DNA of 64,000 nucleotides from Brachybacterium sp. (GCA_035301145.1 DATGUQ010000075.1:686-64685); one strand, 5' to 3'; shown: positions 6,694 through 17,816, numbered from the stretch's first letter. Program-made: numbers and translations. Notes: generated by a model from the letters alone, not told the origin.

Positions 6694-9690
6694 TCAGCGC
6701 TTGCGGCGCTTCTTCCGCCGCTGGGCGCGGTTCGGCCCGGCGCCCTGGGGCGCGCCCTCGGGCTTGTCCTGCACCTTGTCGTGCGCCGCACCCTCAGCGG
6801 CTCCGCCCCGATGGTGACGGGCGTGATGGCGGCGCTGCGCCCGTGACATCGTCGAGGCGTCCTGGACACCGCTGCCCTCCGCGGAGGTGTACCGCAGCTG
6901 CCGCTCGGCGGGGCCGTCGTCCAGCCCCTTGGCGCGCAGCACCACCGAGTTCTCCTCGGCGAGCGGATCGGCGTCCCGCCCGGGATCGTCCTCCGTCTCG
7001 GCGGACTCCGTCTCGGTGTCGGTCTTCGCGTCGGCGTCCTCGGCGTCGCTCACGGCCGCGGACTGAGCGCCCTCGGCGCTGCCGTCGTCGGCCTCCTGGA
7101 GCGCGGCGGCCGCACCGGCCGCGCCACGGGCGAGACCGTTCGCGCTGCGCAGCAGATCGCTGACGGCCTTGGGCACCACCGGCTCGGCCTTCTCGACCTG
7201 GACCTCGAGGTGGTAGACGTAGCCGACCACGTCCTCCTTCACCCCGGCCATCATGTCGTTGAACATGAGGTGGCCCTCGCGTTCGTACTCGATGAGCGGA
7301 TCACGCTGGGCCATCGCCCGCAGACCGATGCCCTCCTTGAGGTAATCCATCTCGTAGAGGTGCTCGCGCCAGCGGCGGTCCAGCACCGACAGCAGGACGC
7401 GACGCTGCAGCTGGCGCATCCCCTCCTCGCCCAGCTCCTCACGGCGCTTCTCGTAGGCGACCTCGGCGTCGGCGAGGATCTCCGTCTTCAGGACACCGCC
7501 CTCGAGGTTCTCCTTGCCGCCCACCTCCTCGATGAGCTCGTCCGGGGTCAGCGAGATGGGGTATGCCGGGCGCAGGGCACCCCAGAGCTCGTCGAGGTCG
7601 ACGTCCTCGGCGGGCTTGCCCTTGGTGTGCGCATCGACCGTTCCGCCGATGACCTCCTCGATGAAGCGCTGGATGTGCTCATCGAGCTCCTCGCCCTCGA
7701 GGATCCGGGCACGCTCCTCGTAGAACTTCTTGCGCTGCTTGGTCAGGACGTCGTCGTACTTCAGCACGTTCTTGCGGATTTCGGCGTTGCGCGACTCGAT
7801 CGAGTTCTGCGCGCGCTGGATCGCGCCGGTGACCATGCGGCCCGTCAGCGGGATCGACTCGTCGACCCCGCCGCGGGCCAGCAGCGACTCCGCCGCACCC
7901 GAGTTGAACAGGCGCATCAGGTCGTCCTGGAGCGAGAGGTAGAAGCGGGATTCTCCCGGGTCGCCCTGGCGGCCGGAGCGGCCGCGCAGCTGGTTGTCGA
8001 TGCGGCGCGACTCGTGCCGTTCGGTGCCCAGCACGTACAGGCCGCCCAGCTCGACCACCTCGTCGTGCTGCTCGGCGACGGCCTGCTTGGCGCGCTCGAG
8101 CTCCTCGTCCCAGGCGGCCTCGTAGGCCTCCTGGTCCTCCTCGGGATCCAGACCGCGCTTCTCGAGCTCGGCGTGCGCCATGAACTCGACGTTGCCGCCG
8201 AGCATGATGTCGGTGCCGCGACCGGCCATGTTGGTGGCGACGGTGACCGCCCCCTTGGCACCGGCCATCGCCACGATCGCGGCCTCCCCGGCGTGGTTCT
8301 TGGCGTTGAGCACCTCATGCTCCACGCCCTGCGCGGTCAGCAGCTTGCCCAGGTACTCGGACTTCTCGACGCTGGTGGTGCCGACCAGCACGGGCTGCCC
8401 CGCCTCGTAGCGCTCGACGATGTCTTCGACGACCGCGTCGAACTTCGCCTTCTCGGTGCGATAGATGCGGTCCGGCTGGTCCTCGCGCTGCATCGGGCGG
8501 TGCGTGGGGATCGGCACGACGCCCAGGTGATAGGTGTTCATGAACTCGGCGGCCTCGGTCTCGGCGGTGCCGGTCATGCCGGAGAGCTTCTCGTAGAGCT
8601 TGAAGTAGTTCTGGAGGGTGATCGTGGCGAGGGTCTGGTTCTCCGCCTTGATCTTCACCCCCTCCTTGGCCTCGATCGCCTGGTGCATGCCCTCGTTGTA
8701 GCGGCGGCCGGCGAGGATGCGGCCGGTGTGCTCGTCGACGATCATCACCTCGCCGTTGAGGACCACGTAGTCCTTGTCGCGCTTGAACAGCTCCTTCGCC
8801 TTGATGGCGTTGTTGAGGAAGCCGATCAGCGGCGTGTTCAGCGATTCGTAGAGGTTGTCGATGCCGAGGTGGTCCTCGACCTTGTCGATGCCGGCCTCGA
8901 GCACGCCGACAGTCCGCTTCTTCTCGTCGACCTCGTAGTCGCGGTCCTTGCGCAGGAGCTCCACGACCTTCGCGAACTCGCTGAACCACTTGTTGGCATC
9001 GCCGGAGCCGGGACCGGAGATGATCAGCGGCGTGCGCGCCTCGTCGATGAGGATCGAGTCCACCTCGTCGACGATCGCGAAGAAATGGCCGCGCTGGACG
9101 CGCTCCTCGGGCTTGAGCGACATGTTGTCGCGCAGGTAGTCGAATCCGAACTCGTTGTTCGTGCCGTAGGTGATATCCGCGGCGTACTGCTCCCGGCGCT
9201 CCGCCGGGGTCATCCCCGATTTGATGACGCCCGTAGTCAGACCCAGGAAGCGGAACACGCGGCCCATCAGATCGCTCTGGTAGCCGGCGAGGTAGTCGTT
9301 GACGGTGACGATGTGCACGCCCTTGCCGGCGAGCGCGTTGAGGTAGGCGGGCAGCGTCGCGACGAGGGTCTTGCCCTCGCCGGTCTTCATCTCGGCGATC
9401 CGGCCTCGGTGCAGCGCCGTGCCGCCCATGACCTGCACGTCGTAGGGGCGCTGGCCCAGGGTGCGCTGTGCCGCCTCCCGCACCGCCGCGAAGGCCTCGA
9501 CCAGGATGTCGTCGAGGGTCTCGCCGTCCTCGAGCCGCTCCTTGAAGTGGTCGGTCTCGGCGCGCAGCTCGTCGTCGGTGAGATCCGTGAAGACGTCCTC
9601 TGCCTCCCCCACTCGCCGGGCGATGGCTTCGAGCCTGCGCAGCTCCCGGCCTTCGCCGGCGCGCAGGATCTTGTCGAAGAGGTTGACCAC
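6694..9690 (-). CDS. secA: Preprotein translocase subunit SecA
   Basis: [50 protein letters not shown]; GTG start at 9690 with GGGAG RBS. Confidence 0.98.
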   Translation of the reverse strand: MVNLFDKILRAGEGRELRRLEAIARRVGEAEDVFTDLTDDELRAETDHFKERLEDGETLDDILVEAFAAVREAAQRTLGQRPYDVQVMGGTALHRGRIAEMKTGEGKTLVATLPAYLNALAGKGVHIVTVNDYLAGYQSDLMGRVFRFLGLTTGVIKSGMTPAERREQYAADITYGTNNEFGFDYLRDNMSLKPEERVQRGHFFAIVDEVDSILIDEARTPLIISGPGSGDANKWFSEFAKVVELLRKDRDYEVDEKKRTVGVLEAGIDKVEDHLGIDNLYESLNTPLIGFLNNAIKAKELFKRDKDYVVLNGEVMIVDEHTGRILAGRRYNEGMHQAIEAKEGVKIKAENQTLATITLQNYFKLYEKLSGMTGTAETEAAEFMNTYHLGVVPIPTHRPMQREDQPDRIYRTEKAKFDAVVEDIVERYEAGQPVLVGTTSVEKSEYLGKLLTAQGVEHEVLNAKNHAGEAAIVAMAGAKGAVTVATNMAGRGTDIMLGGNVEFMAHAELEKRGLDPEEDQEAYEAAWDEELERAKQAVAEQHDEVVELGGLYVLGTERHESRRIDNQLRGRSGRQGDPGESRFYLSLQDDLMRLFNSGAAESLLARGGVDESIPLTGRMVTGAIQRAQNSIESRNAEIRKNVLKYDDVLTKQRKKFYEERARILEGEELDEHIQRFIEEVIGGTVDAHTKGKPAEDVDLDELWGALRPAYPISLTPDELIEEVGGKENLEGGVLKTEILADAEVAYEKRREELGEEGMRQLQRRVLLSVLDRRWREHLYEMDYLKEGIGLRAMAQRDPLIEYEREGHLMFNDMMAGVKEDVVGYVYHLEVQVEKAEPVVPKAVSDLLRSANGLARGAAGAAAALQEADDGSAEGAQSAAVSDAEDADAKTDTETESAETEDDPGRDADPLAEENSVVLRAKGLDDGPAERQLRYTSAEGSGVQDASTMSRAQRRHHARHHRGGAAEGAAHDKVQDKPEGAPQGAGPNRAQRRKKRRKR

Positions 9691-9863
9691 TCGTGCTCCC
9701 GTAGATCGCTTCTCCGCCCTCGGGCGGTTGGTGCCTGCCCCATCGTAAGCGTCACCGTCCCCGTTGGTGACCACCTGCGCGCATCGTCACGCGTGCACTC
9801 CCCGGTGCCGGGCTCGTCATCGAGCTCCGCGGCGTCGTGCCCGGCCCGGTCGTGGCACGACGA

Positions 9864-9896
9864 GGGCGGGAGGAGGCCGATGCGCTCCTCCCGCCC
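9864..9896 (-). terminator. Intrinsic terminator-like hairpin downstream of hpf
   Basis: Perfect 12-bp stem GGGCGGGAGGAG / CTCCTCCCGCCC with 9-nt loop, 16 nt past the hpf stop. Confidence 0.65.
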
Positions 9897-9912
9897 CGGT
9901 CGGTGAGGGGGA

Positions 9913-10572
9913 TCAGGCGGACAGCTCGGACTCGAGCTCGATGACGCCGTAGTTCCATCCCTTGCGGCGGTAGACCACCTTCGGGGTGCCCGACTCGGAG
10001 TCGACGAAGAGGTAGAAGTCGTGGCCCACGAGCTCCATCCGGTTCAGGGCGTCGTCGACGCTCATCGGCGTGGCGGGATGCTTCTTCCTCCGGATCACCA
10101 CCGGGCTGCCGGCGTCGGCCAGGTCGACCTCGTCCCCCTCAGAGGCCTCCACCGGCTCCTGTGCGGTCTCCGGCCGGGGCTCCTGCAGAGCGGCGGGCAG
10201 ATCCTGGTCCGCGGGCATCGTGCGCAGGCTCGCGCCCGTCCCCTGATGAGCACGGTTGCGTCCGCGCCGGTGGTCCTTGCGGCGGTCGCGGGCGCGCCGG
10301 AGGCGTTCGAGGAGTTTGCCGTAGGCGATGTCCAGTGCCCCGTAGAGATCGTCCGCCCGCGCCTCGGAGCGGATCACGGAGCCCTTCTCGTGCACGGTGA
10401 GCTCGACCCGGTCGCTGAACTCGGCCTGCCTGGGGTTCTTCTCCTGCGAGATCTCGACGTCCACGCGGAGGGTCGCGGGAGCGAGCTGGGTGACCTTGTC
10501 GAGCTTGTCGGTGAGATGGCGACGGAATCGGTCCGGGACGTCCATGTGACGTCCGACGACGTTGATCTCCAT
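9913..10572 (-). CDS. hpf: Ribosome hibernation promoting factor (long HPF/RaiA)
   Basis: MEINVVGRHM...RVELTV...; C-terminal domain PMSVDDALNRMELVGHDFYLF...VVYRRKGWNYGVI; AGGAG RBS. Confidence 0.95.
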   Translation of the reverse strand: MEINVVGRHMDVPDRFRRHLTDKLDKVTQLAPATLRVDVEISQEKNPRQAEFSDRVELTVHEKGSVIRSEARADDLYGALDIAYGKLLERLRRARDRRKDHRRGRNRAHQGTGASLRTMPADQDLPAALQEPRPETAQEPVEASEGDEVDLADAGSPVVIRRKKHPATPMSVDDALNRMELVGHDFYLFVDSESGTPKVVYRRKGWNYGVIELESELSA

Positions 10573-10764
10573 GAGTGGGTTCTCCTCCTATCAGGATGCG
10601 GCCGCTCTGAGCCCGGCCGCGATGGCTCTTCGGCTGGGTGTCGCACCTCCTGTGGAAGGGGGTCCCGCCCCGATGTGGCGAGTGGCACACAGCATGCCAC
10701 GATTCGCTGGAAGTTTTCTGCCCGTCCGTCCCCCGGAGGGTTCCGATCCGGTGCTGCTCCGGCC

Positions 10765-11553
10765 TCACCCGGAGGAGCCGGGCCCGACGGTCGGGGCCGG
10801 CACCCGCGCCGCCGCGACGACCACCGCACCGAGGACCTCCATGCCGGCGGCGGTGAGCGCCTCGTGCATCCCGCGCAGGGTGGCCCCGGTGGTGACCACG
10901 TCGTCGACGATGACCACGGGCTGCGCACGCCTCCCGGCGGTGCGGGCCCGGCGGCCCTCGAGCCGGATGCGCCGGGTCCTCCGCTGCCGGGCGCCCTGCC
11001 CGTCCTGGGTGGTCGTGGGCCGGGCGCGCAGCAGCAGCGGGTGCCCCGCCCCCGCGCGAGCGACGGCCCGCACGAGCTCGGCGGTGTGGTCCTCGCCGCG
11101 GCGCAGCCGCGCACCGCGCCGGGACGGCACCGGGACCAGTGCGGGGTCGGTGACGCCGCCGCCCGCGGCGAGGCGGGTGACGGCCGGGACGAGCGCCGGG
11201 GCGATCCGCGCGCCCAGGTGCAGCATGCCGCCGTTCTTCCAGGCCAGCACGAGACGCTGCAGGTCTCCGCCGTACTCACCGAGCGCGAGCACCGGCAGCA
11301 GCGGGCTGTGGTCCACCCCGGCCGGCAGGAGCCGTCCGTCGCGGTGCTGGGCCCGGACCCGCGCCGCGGTGAGCACCTGCAGGGCGTCGCAGCTGCTCTC
11401 GACCCGACGGGGCGGTGCCTCCAGCAGTGCGGCGCAGCGACCGCACAGCCAGGTGCCCTCCTCGCCGCAGGGGCAGTGGCGCGGCGCGACCAGCGCGCAG
11501 GTCTGGGCGATCACCTCCTGCAGAACCGAGCCCCGTCCGTCGTCGTGCGCCAT
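10765..11553 (-). CDS. comF: ComF family protein (Zn ribbon plus phosphoribosyltransferase-like domain)
   Basis: CPCG...LCGRC, PVPSRRGARLRRGEDH, VVIVDDVVTTGATL; typical position between lpqB and hpf. Confidence 0.88.
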   Translation of the reverse strand: MAHDDGRGSVLQEVIAQTCALVAPRHCPCGEEGTWLCGRCAALLEAPPRRVESSCDALQVLTAARVRAQHRDGRLLPAGVDHSPLLPVLALGEYGGDLQRLVLAWKNGGMLHLGARIAPALVPAVTRLAAGGGVTDPALVPVPSRRGARLRRGEDHTAELVRAVARAGAGHPLLLRARPTTTQDGQGARQRRTRRIRLEGRRARTAGRRAQPVVIVDDVVTTGATLRGMHEALTAAGMEVLGAVVVAAARVPAPTVGPGSSG

Positions 11554-11669
11554 GGCCCGATCCCAGCACGTCCCGAGGATGCCGTGTGCCGGGTGCCGGG
11601 ACCGGTGGAGGACCCGGGGCTGGGGAGGACCGGTCCCGCGCTCCGGGTCAGCAGGAGACGCTCGACGGG

Positions 11670-13373
11670 TCAGTAGAAGGAGGGGTCGTGGCCCGCCTGA
11701 TCGACGGGCGCCCACTCCTCCCGGTCGCTGCGCAGCAGTTCGTCGTCGACGGTGCCGACCCAGATCGCCTCGGCCACCACGGATCCGGCGATGCGGTCGG
11801 TGCCGGATGGGAGGGCGGGCAGCAGCTCCCGGCCGCTGGAGAAGTCGACGATCTGCGCCCTCCGCTCCTCGGCGGTGGGCTCCGTGCCGAGCATCAGCAG
11901 GGCGACCTCGTCGTACCAGACGATCTGGGTGATGTCGTCGAGGAACGTACGCAGGGGCCGGGGCGCGGTGAGGGAGGCGGGGGCCCCCGCCGAGTCCCGC
12001 ACCACGGCGCAGAGGTCCACGCGCGCGCCGGCGGTGTCCGAGGACAGCACGATCATCCTGGTCGCATCTGCGGCGATGTCCAGCGCGCGGATCTCGCGGC
12101 CGGTCAGCCAGGGTGCGTCGACCTTCGCATCGAGGTCCGGCCCGACCCCGGACAGCGCCAGCAGGGCCCCGGGATTGGACCGGGGCGAGGTCCACACGAA
12201 GCCCGCATCGTCCACCCGTGGCGGGACGAAGGAGCCGCCGGTCGCGGCTTCCCGCAGCGGCAGCGAGTCGTCCGTCGTGGCGATCAGGACGCTCGACTCC
12301 TCCGGGCCGAGAGCTGCGGCGAGCACGCCGTTCTGGCCGATCACCGGGGAGGAGAGCTCGATCTCGGAGAACGCCGGCACCACCTGCGGGGCGGGCGTCG
12401 CGGCACCGGGATCGGCCAGCGAGATGACCCCGGTGGAGCCTGCGGCGATCGGCCGGTGACCCGGCAGGGCCCGCTCGGCCCGCTCCTGCTCGTCGAGGAC
12501 CACGTCCTGCCCGTCCATCACCAGCCGGACCCCGGTCAGGGAGCGCAGGGACTGCAGCGAGGCCTCCAGCTGGGACAGGGCGAGCCCGCGGGGCCCGGCG
12601 GCCATGCCCGCGATCGCGGCCGGCACCGTGATCTGCGCGCTGCCGTCCATCCCCGTCGTGGAGGACGCCTCGAAGATGTCGGAGCTCGGCGGCACGCGGT
12701 TGACGACCGCCTCCTCGAGGAAGGCCGAAGGACCCTCGACCAGCGCCTCGAGAACCGCGGAGGCGCCGCGCCGGAGCGGGAACCACCGGTGGTCGGGCAC
12801 CAGGTGCCGCTCGCGGGCGTCGAGGAAGTAGAGCCGGGCCGGGCCGTACAGCGTCTCGAAAGCCGCCTCGGACAGGTAGATCCCGTCCGGCACCTCGCTC
12901 AGGCGCCACTGACCGTCGACCTCCTCGATCGCGACCTCGATCTCGCGGGACGTGGGGCCGGACAGCAGGCTCTTCACGCCGTGCTCGTCCAGGAGCGCGA
13001 CCGCCTGCAGGACGATCCCGAGCCGCCCCTCACCGGCCTCGGTGACCTTCAGCTCCTGACTGCCGGAGTAGATGGTGATCAGGGCCTCGGGGTCCCAGGA
13101 CGCGGCCGCCTCGGCGGTGAGGTAGTCGCGGGCCACGGCGAAGTCCTCCTCGGAGCCGACGCCTGCCTGCACGAAGCCTGCGACGACCTCCTCCGGGGTC
13201 GCTCCGGGCGCCGGCGGCAGGGCCTGCACGTAGGGGGCACCGGGCTGGGTCTGACCGGTCAGGGTCCGGGTGGAGATGGGAGAGGTGGTGGGGATGCGCG
13301 CGCACGCCGCCCCCAGGCCGAGCACCGCGGCGGCCCCGGCCGCCCGCAGCACGTGTCGTCGTGCGGGTCTCAT
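11670..13373 (-). CDS. lpqB: Lipoprotein LpqB (GerMN plus beta-propeller)
   Basis: RR-containing signal with lipobox-like LGAAC; LYFLD...LVPDHRWF; third gene of the mtrAB operon. Confidence 0.92.
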   Translation of the reverse strand: MRPARRHVLRAAGAAAVLGLGAACARIPTTSPISTRTLTGQTQPGAPYVQALPPAPGATPEEVVAGFVQAGVGSEEDFAVARDYLTAEAAASWDPEALITIYSGSQELKVTEAGEGRLGIVLQAVALLDEHGVKSLLSGPTSREIEVAIEEVDGQWRLSEVPDGIYLSEAAFETLYGPARLYFLDARERHLVPDHRWFPLRRGASAVLEALVEGPSAFLEEAVVNRVPPSSDIFEASSTTGMDGSAQITVPAAIAGMAAGPRGLALSQLEASLQSLRSLTGVRLVMDGQDVVLDEQERAERALPGHRPIAAGSTGVISLADPGAATPAPQVVPAFSEIELSSPVIGQNGVLAAALGPEESSVLIATTDDSLPLREAATGGSFVPPRVDDAGFVWTSPRSNPGALLALSGVGPDLDAKVDAPWLTGREIRALDIAADATRMIVLSSDTAGARVDLCAVVRDSAGAPASLTAPRPLRTFLDDITQIVWYDEVALLMLGTEPTAEERRAQIVDFSSGRELLPALPSGTDRIAGSVVAEAIWVGTVDDELLRSDREEWAPVDQAGHDPSFY

Positions 13374-15142
13374 CGCTCTCCTTCCGCGCCGCCGCTCCCG
13401 GGGGCGGGATCCTCCGGGTTCTCGTCGAGGTCCGGGAGCACCTCGGGCCCCACGCGGATCTCCCCCGTGGGGGTCGGGGAGACGGCGGCGACCGCCTCGG
13501 CCCGGTCGAAGGAACGCTCCAGTGGCAGCGGGGAGCGGACCAGGACGTGCCCGGGCCGTCGTGGGATGGTCAGGCGGAACACGGCGCCCTCGCCCACCTG
13601 GCCCCAGGCCTGCAGCCAGCCCTCGTGCAGGCGGGCGTCCTCGGCGGAGATCGACAGCCCCAGTCCGGTGCCCCCGATGGTGCGGGCCCGGGACGGGTCC
13701 GCGCGCCAGAACCGGTCGAAGACCCGCTGCGCGTCCTCGGGGGACATGCCGTGGCCGTGATCCTGGACGACGACCGCCACCGAGTCCGCGTCGGAGGCGG
13801 TCTGGACGAGCACGGGGTGGCCGGCGCCGTGCTCGATCGCGTTGGTGAGCAGATTGCGCAGGATCCGGTCGATGCGACGCGCATCCACCACTGCGCCGAC
13901 ATCGGTGCCGGCCAGGTGCACGTCCAGCTGGCAGCCGCGGTCGGCCGCCAGCGGGCGGACGTCCTCGAGCGCCTGCTCGACGAGCTCATCGATGTCCTCG
14001 CGACGCGCCTCGAGCTCCGCCGCCCCGGCGTCGAACCGGGAGATCTCCAGCAGGTCCGCGAGCAGCACCTCGAAGCGCTGCACCTGCGCCGAGAGCAGCT
14101 CGGCGGTGCGCCGCAGCTCACCGGGCAGCTCCCCGCTGTGCGCCTCCAGCACGGAGGACGCCATCCGGATCGTGGTCAGCGGCGTGCGCAGCTCGTGCGA
14201 GACGTCGGAGACGAACCGCTGCTGGACGTGGGAGAGCTCGGTGAGGTCATCGACCTTCTGCTCGAGGCTGCGGGCCATGTCGTTGAACGACTCCCCCACC
14301 CGCGCCAGCTCGTCGGCGCCCGCGACCTCGACACGGCTGGTGAGATCGCCTGCCGCCATCCGCTCAGCGGCGAGCGCCGCCTTCCTCAGCGGGGTGGTGA
14401 CCATGCGTGCGACGACGATCGCGATGCCCACGATCAGGGCCAGCAGCACCGCGCCCCCGCCGAGGATGACCCGCTGCACGAAGGCGAGCGTGTCCTGCTC
14501 CTCCTCGAGGGAGTAGATGAGGTAGAGGTCGTACGAGCCGGCCCCGGGGACGACCACCCGGGTGCCCACCAGCAGCGCCGGGTGGATCCTGCCGGACTCG
14601 TCCTCCCGGCCGATGGAGCGCCAGGAGATCGAGTCCGGATGCTCGGCGACCTCCGCCGCGAGCTCGTCGTCGATCTCGTCGAAGAGGCTGCCGTCAGGGG
14701 AGGACGCCACCGGGAAGACGGTCCCCGCCGTCTCCACCGGGACCAGCACCACCTCGCGTCGGTCCTCCCCGCCCTGGCCGCCCGTGGTCTGGACGAAGGC
14801 GCGGCTCGCATCCTGCTGCTGGGTGCTGGTGGCCCCGGAGACCTGGGAGAGGCTGTCGGTGAGATCGGCGCGGACCTCGAGGGTCTCCTCGAGCACGCGG
14901 TCACGGCGCTGCTCGTACAGGCCGTCGGCGATCACCGAGGACAGGTACGCGCCGACGGTGAGCAGGGCGACGATCGACAGCAGCGTGGTCACCAGCACCA
15001 CCCGGAGGGCGAGGGGCCAGCTGCGCGGGTCGATGCCGGGCGCCGCGCGCACCTCGCTGCGGGCGGCTTCCTCACCGTCGTGCGCGGTGCTCACGGTCGC
15101 GCCGCCGCTCGCGGGATCCGCCGGGTCCTCAGGAGCCGCCAC
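13370..15142 (-). CDS. mtrB: Two-component sensor histidine kinase MtrB (alternative GTG start at 15094)
   Basis: Two TMs, HAMP, FVSDVSHELRTPLTTIRMA, NLLTNAIEH, RFWRADPSRARTIGGTGLGLSI. Confidence 0.95.
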   Translation of the reverse strand: MAAPEDPADPASGGATVSTAHDGEEAARSEVRAAPGIDPRSWPLALRVVLVTTLLSIVALLTVGAYLSSVIADGLYEQRRDRVLEETLEVRADLTDSLSQVSGATSTQQQDASRAFVQTTGGQGGEDRREVVLVPVETAGTVFPVASSPDGSLFDEIDDELAAEVAEHPDSISWRSIGREDESGRIHPALLVGTRVVVPGAGSYDLYLIYSLEEEQDTLAFVQRVILGGGAVLLALIVGIAIVVARMVTTPLRKAALAAERMAAGDLTSRVEVAGADELARVGESFNDMARSLEQKVDDLTELSHVQQRFVSDVSHELRTPLTTIRMASSVLEAHSGELPGELRRTAELLSAQVQRFEVLLADLLEISRFDAGAAELEARREDIDELVEQALEDVRPLAADRGCQLDVHLAGTDVGAVVDARRIDRILRNLLTNAIEHGAGHPVLVQTASDADSVAVVVQDHGHGMSPEDAQRVFDRFWRADPSRARTIGGTGLGLSISAEDARLHEGWLQAWGQVGEGAVFRLTIPRRPGHVLVRSPLPLERSFDRAEAVAAVSPTPTGEIRVGPEVLPDLDENPEDPAPGSGGAEGER

Positions 15143-15815
15143 CGGCGCGATAGCCGACGCCGCGGACGGTCACGACGATCTCCGGGTTCTCCGGGTCGTG
15201 CTCGATCTTCGAGCGCAGCCGCTGGACGTGCACGTTGACCAGGCGGGTGTCGGCGCTGTGGCGGTAGCCCCACACGTCTCGCAGCAGCACGTCGCGGGTG
15301 AACACCTGCCACGGCTTGCGGGCGAGCTGCGTGAGCAGGTCGAACTCGAGGGGCGTCAGCGAGATCAGCTCCTCGCCCCGGCGCACCTCGTGACCGTCGA
15401 CGTCGATGGTCAGGTCGCCGATGGTGAGCTTCTCGGTGGTGGGCTCCTCGACGCGGCGCACCCGTGCCTTGATCCGTGCCACCAGCTCCTCCGGCTCGAA
15501 GGGCTTGGTCAGGTAGTCGTCGGCTCCGGCCTCGAGCCCCTCGACGACGTCGGCGGTGTCGGTGCGGGCCGTGAGCATGATGATCGGCACGCCGGACTCG
15601 CGGCGCAGTCGGCGGCACACCTCGATCCCGTCCATCCCGGGCAACATGAGATCCAGCAGCACCAGATCGGGCCGCAGGCGCGGGAAGGTCTCCAGCGCCG
15701 AGGCGCCGTCGGGCGAGGTCGCGACCTCGTAGCCCTTGCCGCGCAGAACGATGCCGACCATCTCGGCGATCGCCTGATCGTCATCGACCACGAGTATCCG
15801 TGAAGGCGTCGTCAT
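15129..15815 (-). CDS. mtrA: Two-component response regulator MtrA
   Basis: ILVVDDD...LLDLMLPG...VWGYRHSADTRLVNVHVQRLRSKIEHDPENP; ATG 15815 lies 7 nt after CACAAT (likely leaderless). Confidence 0.96.
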   Translation of the reverse strand: MTTPSRILVVDDDQAIAEMVGIVLRGKGYEVATSPDGASALETFPRLRPDLVLLDLMLPGMDGIEVCRRLRRESGVPIIMLTARTDTADVVEGLEAGADDYLTKPFEPEELVARIKARVRRVEEPTTEKLTIGDLTIDVDGHEVRRGEELISLTPLEFDLLTQLARKPWQVFTRDVLLRDVWGYRHSADTRLVNVHVQRLRSKIEHDPENPEIVVTVRGVGYRAGGGS

Positions 15816-16008
15816 GAGGCTCATTGTGCCACCGCACAGGGCCGGGACCGAGGAGGCGACCTGCGCAGGGGTGTCCGGAAGATGCAGGGTCTTCGACGTT
15901 CGTCGGATCGGCGCAGGGCTCCTCACTCCGTAGTGTCGTCCCAGGAGCACCGCCCTCGCCCCGGCACGGGACGGGACGGTGCGAGCGACACGACCCGCAG
16001 GAGGACCG

Positions 16009-17148
16009 ATGAGCACGCCGTGGATGGCCCCCGGATCGACGGTCGGCGAGGAGCCGTCCTCGTCGTCGGGTCCGGACGGTGCCCCGCCCGCTCCGCCGTC
16101 CGGCGACGCCGACGGGCAGCGCGCCGCGGGGCCGCGCCGCGAGCTGTCGCAGTCCGTGCCGCTGTTCCCGCTGCGTCCGCTGGGGCTGGGCGAGGTGCTC
16201 GGCGCGGCGGTGCGGATCTATCGTCTGCGAGCCCGGTCGGTGCTGGGCGTCGCCGCCGTCGTCTACGGCATCGCGTTCGTCGCGCTCACCGTCTTCTCGG
16301 GGGCGAGCATGGTCCCGATGTTCGGCGAGATGCAGGCCGCGATGACGAGCCCGGAGGCCGCGGAGACCGCCGAGGCGTTCACCTCGGTGCGGGACGTGGT
16401 GCTGATGCTCCTGTCCACCGCCGCGACGATGATCATCACCATGCTGGCCTCCTCGCTGGTCACGGTGGCCCTGACCCGGGTCGCGCTCGGCGAGGCCACC
16501 GGCCGCCGCGTCTCCGGCGCGCAGATGTGGGAGACCATGCGCCGCCGCGGCGCGGCCGCCATCGCAGTGAGCCTCCTGATCGGCCTGCTGAGCACGGTGG
16601 CCCTCGCCGTGCTCGGCGCACTGGGCGCGCTGCCGCTGCTGCTGATCCAGGAGGCGTCCTGGCTGACGATCGTGCCGCTCGTGCTCGGCGTCGTGCTCGG
16701 GATCCTGGCCATCTTCTGGATCTGGGCGCGCACCGTGCTCGCCATCCCGGCGCTGGTGCTGGAGGACGCCGGGGTCCTCGGCGCGCTCCGGCGCAGCCTG
16801 GTCCTCACCCGCGGGCGGCGGCTGTGGCGCGTGCTCGGCACCGCCGTGCTGCTGTACCTGGTCTACTTCATCGCGACGCAGGTGATCGCGGGCGTCTTCG
16901 GCACCCTCGGCGTCATCATCTACCTGGCCGTCCTGCTCGCCACGTCCTTCGAAGGGCTCGTGGTGGGGATGATCCTGCTGACGATCATCTCGATGGCGGG
17001 CAGCTACGCCGCGACGTTCCTGCTGGCGCCCTACCTCTCGGCCGGCTTCGTGGCCATCTACGCCGACAGCCGGATGCGGCACGAGGCGTGGGACGTCGAG
17101 CTGCTCCGCCGGGCGCGCGAGTCCTGGGACGGCGAGGGCGCGCGATGA
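16009..17148 (+). CDS. Integral membrane protein (glycerophosphoryl-diester-phosphodiesterase membrane-domain-like)
   Basis: PLRPLGLGEVLGAAV...PALVLE...ALRRSLVL...IYADSRMRHEA; multiple TMs; AGGAGG RBS. Confidence 0.8.
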   Translation: MSTPWMAPGSTVGEEPSSSSGPDGAPPAPPSGDADGQRAAGPRRELSQSVPLFPLRPLGLGEVLGAAVRIYRLRARSVLGVAAVVYGIAFVALTVFSGASMVPMFGEMQAAMTSPEAAETAEAFTSVRDVVLMLLSTAATMIITMLASSLVTVALTRVALGEATGRRVSGAQMWETMRRRGAAAIAVSLLIGLLSTVALAVLGALGALPLLLIQEASWLTIVPLVLGVVLGILAIFWIWARTVLAIPALVLEDAGVLGALRRSLVLTRGRRLWRVLGTAVLLYLVYFIATQVIAGVFGTLGVIIYLAVLLATSFEGLVVGMILLTIISMAGSYAATFLLAPYLSAGFVAIYADSRMRHEAWDVELLRRARESWDGEGAR

Positions 17149-17816
17149 TCCCGGCCGCGCCGCCGCAGCTGGACCCCGACGAGGCCCGCGCCCGGCTGCT
17201 CGAGGAGCTCTCGAAGTCGGAGTACGACGACTCCCCCGGGTTCATCCAGTGGCTGCTCGGCGCCCTCGAGCGCTGGCTGCTGGAGGTGCTCGACGGCATC
17301 GACGGCTCCTCCACCGCGCAGGCCGGCCTCGCCGTGCTGCTCGTGCTCGTCCTGGCGGTCGCGGTCTTCCTGGTGCTGCGTCGCACCGGTCTGATCCGTC
17401 GCAGCCACGCCCTCTCGGTCACCGCGCACCTCGACGCCGATCCGGTGGTCAGCGCCGCCCAGCTGCGGCGCGAGGCACGGGAGGCCGGCGCAGCCGGTCG
17501 CACCGATGACGGCACCGTGCTGGCACTGCGCGCCCTGGTGCGCGATCTCGAGGAGCGCACTCTGCTCGAGGTGAGCGCCGGGATGACCGCCCACGAGGCC
17601 GCGGACCAGGCGGCGCGGTCCTTCCCCGAGCTGCGCGGCCGTCTGCTGCGCGGCGCCGACGCCTTCGACACCGCCGCGTACTCCCACCGCCCGGCCACCG
17701 CCAAGCAGGCCGATGATCTGCTGCGCCTGGCGGAGTACATCGCCGAGTCCACCCCCGACCTGTCGGACATGGAGGACGGGGGCGCGCGTGCCGTGAGCAG
17801 CGGGGCGGGCTCATGA
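17145..17816 (+). CDS. DUF4129 domain protein
   Basis: One TM, then RALVRDLEER...TAHE...FDTAAY; ATGA-coupled to the upstream gene. Confidence 0.82.
   Translation: MIPAAPPQLDPDEARARLLEELSKSEYDDSPGFIQWLLGALERWLLEVLDGIDGSSTAQAGLAVLLVLVLAVAVFLVLRRTGLIRRSHALSVTAHLDADPVVSAAQLRREAREAGAAGRTDDGTVLALRALVRDLEERTLLEVSAGMTAHEAADQAARSFPELRGRLLRGADAFDTAAYSHRPATAKQADDLLRLAEYIAESTPDLSDMEDGGARAVSSGAGS

Noticed and set aside
7210-9906. 898-aa plus-strand ORF antisense to secA, and similar long shadow ORFs (29410-32409, 35951-37912, 51541-54111, 59262-62819)
   Set aside because: They mirror well-supported genes on the opposite strand, show no recognisable motifs, and are expected from stop-codon scarcity at high GC.
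10674-10689. CRP/GlxR-like site TGTGG-N6-GCACA upstream of hpf
   Set aside because: Only 8 of 10 consensus positions match, with mismatches in both half-sites; too weak without conservation data.
10765-12909. Apparent long N-terminal extensions or fusions in the ORF track (comF 714 aa, pseI 695 aa, purE 453 aa, 42709-45615)
   Set aside because: The extensions are Arg/Gly/Pro-rich off-frame readings over neighbouring genes; better internal starts exist with RBS or -10 support.
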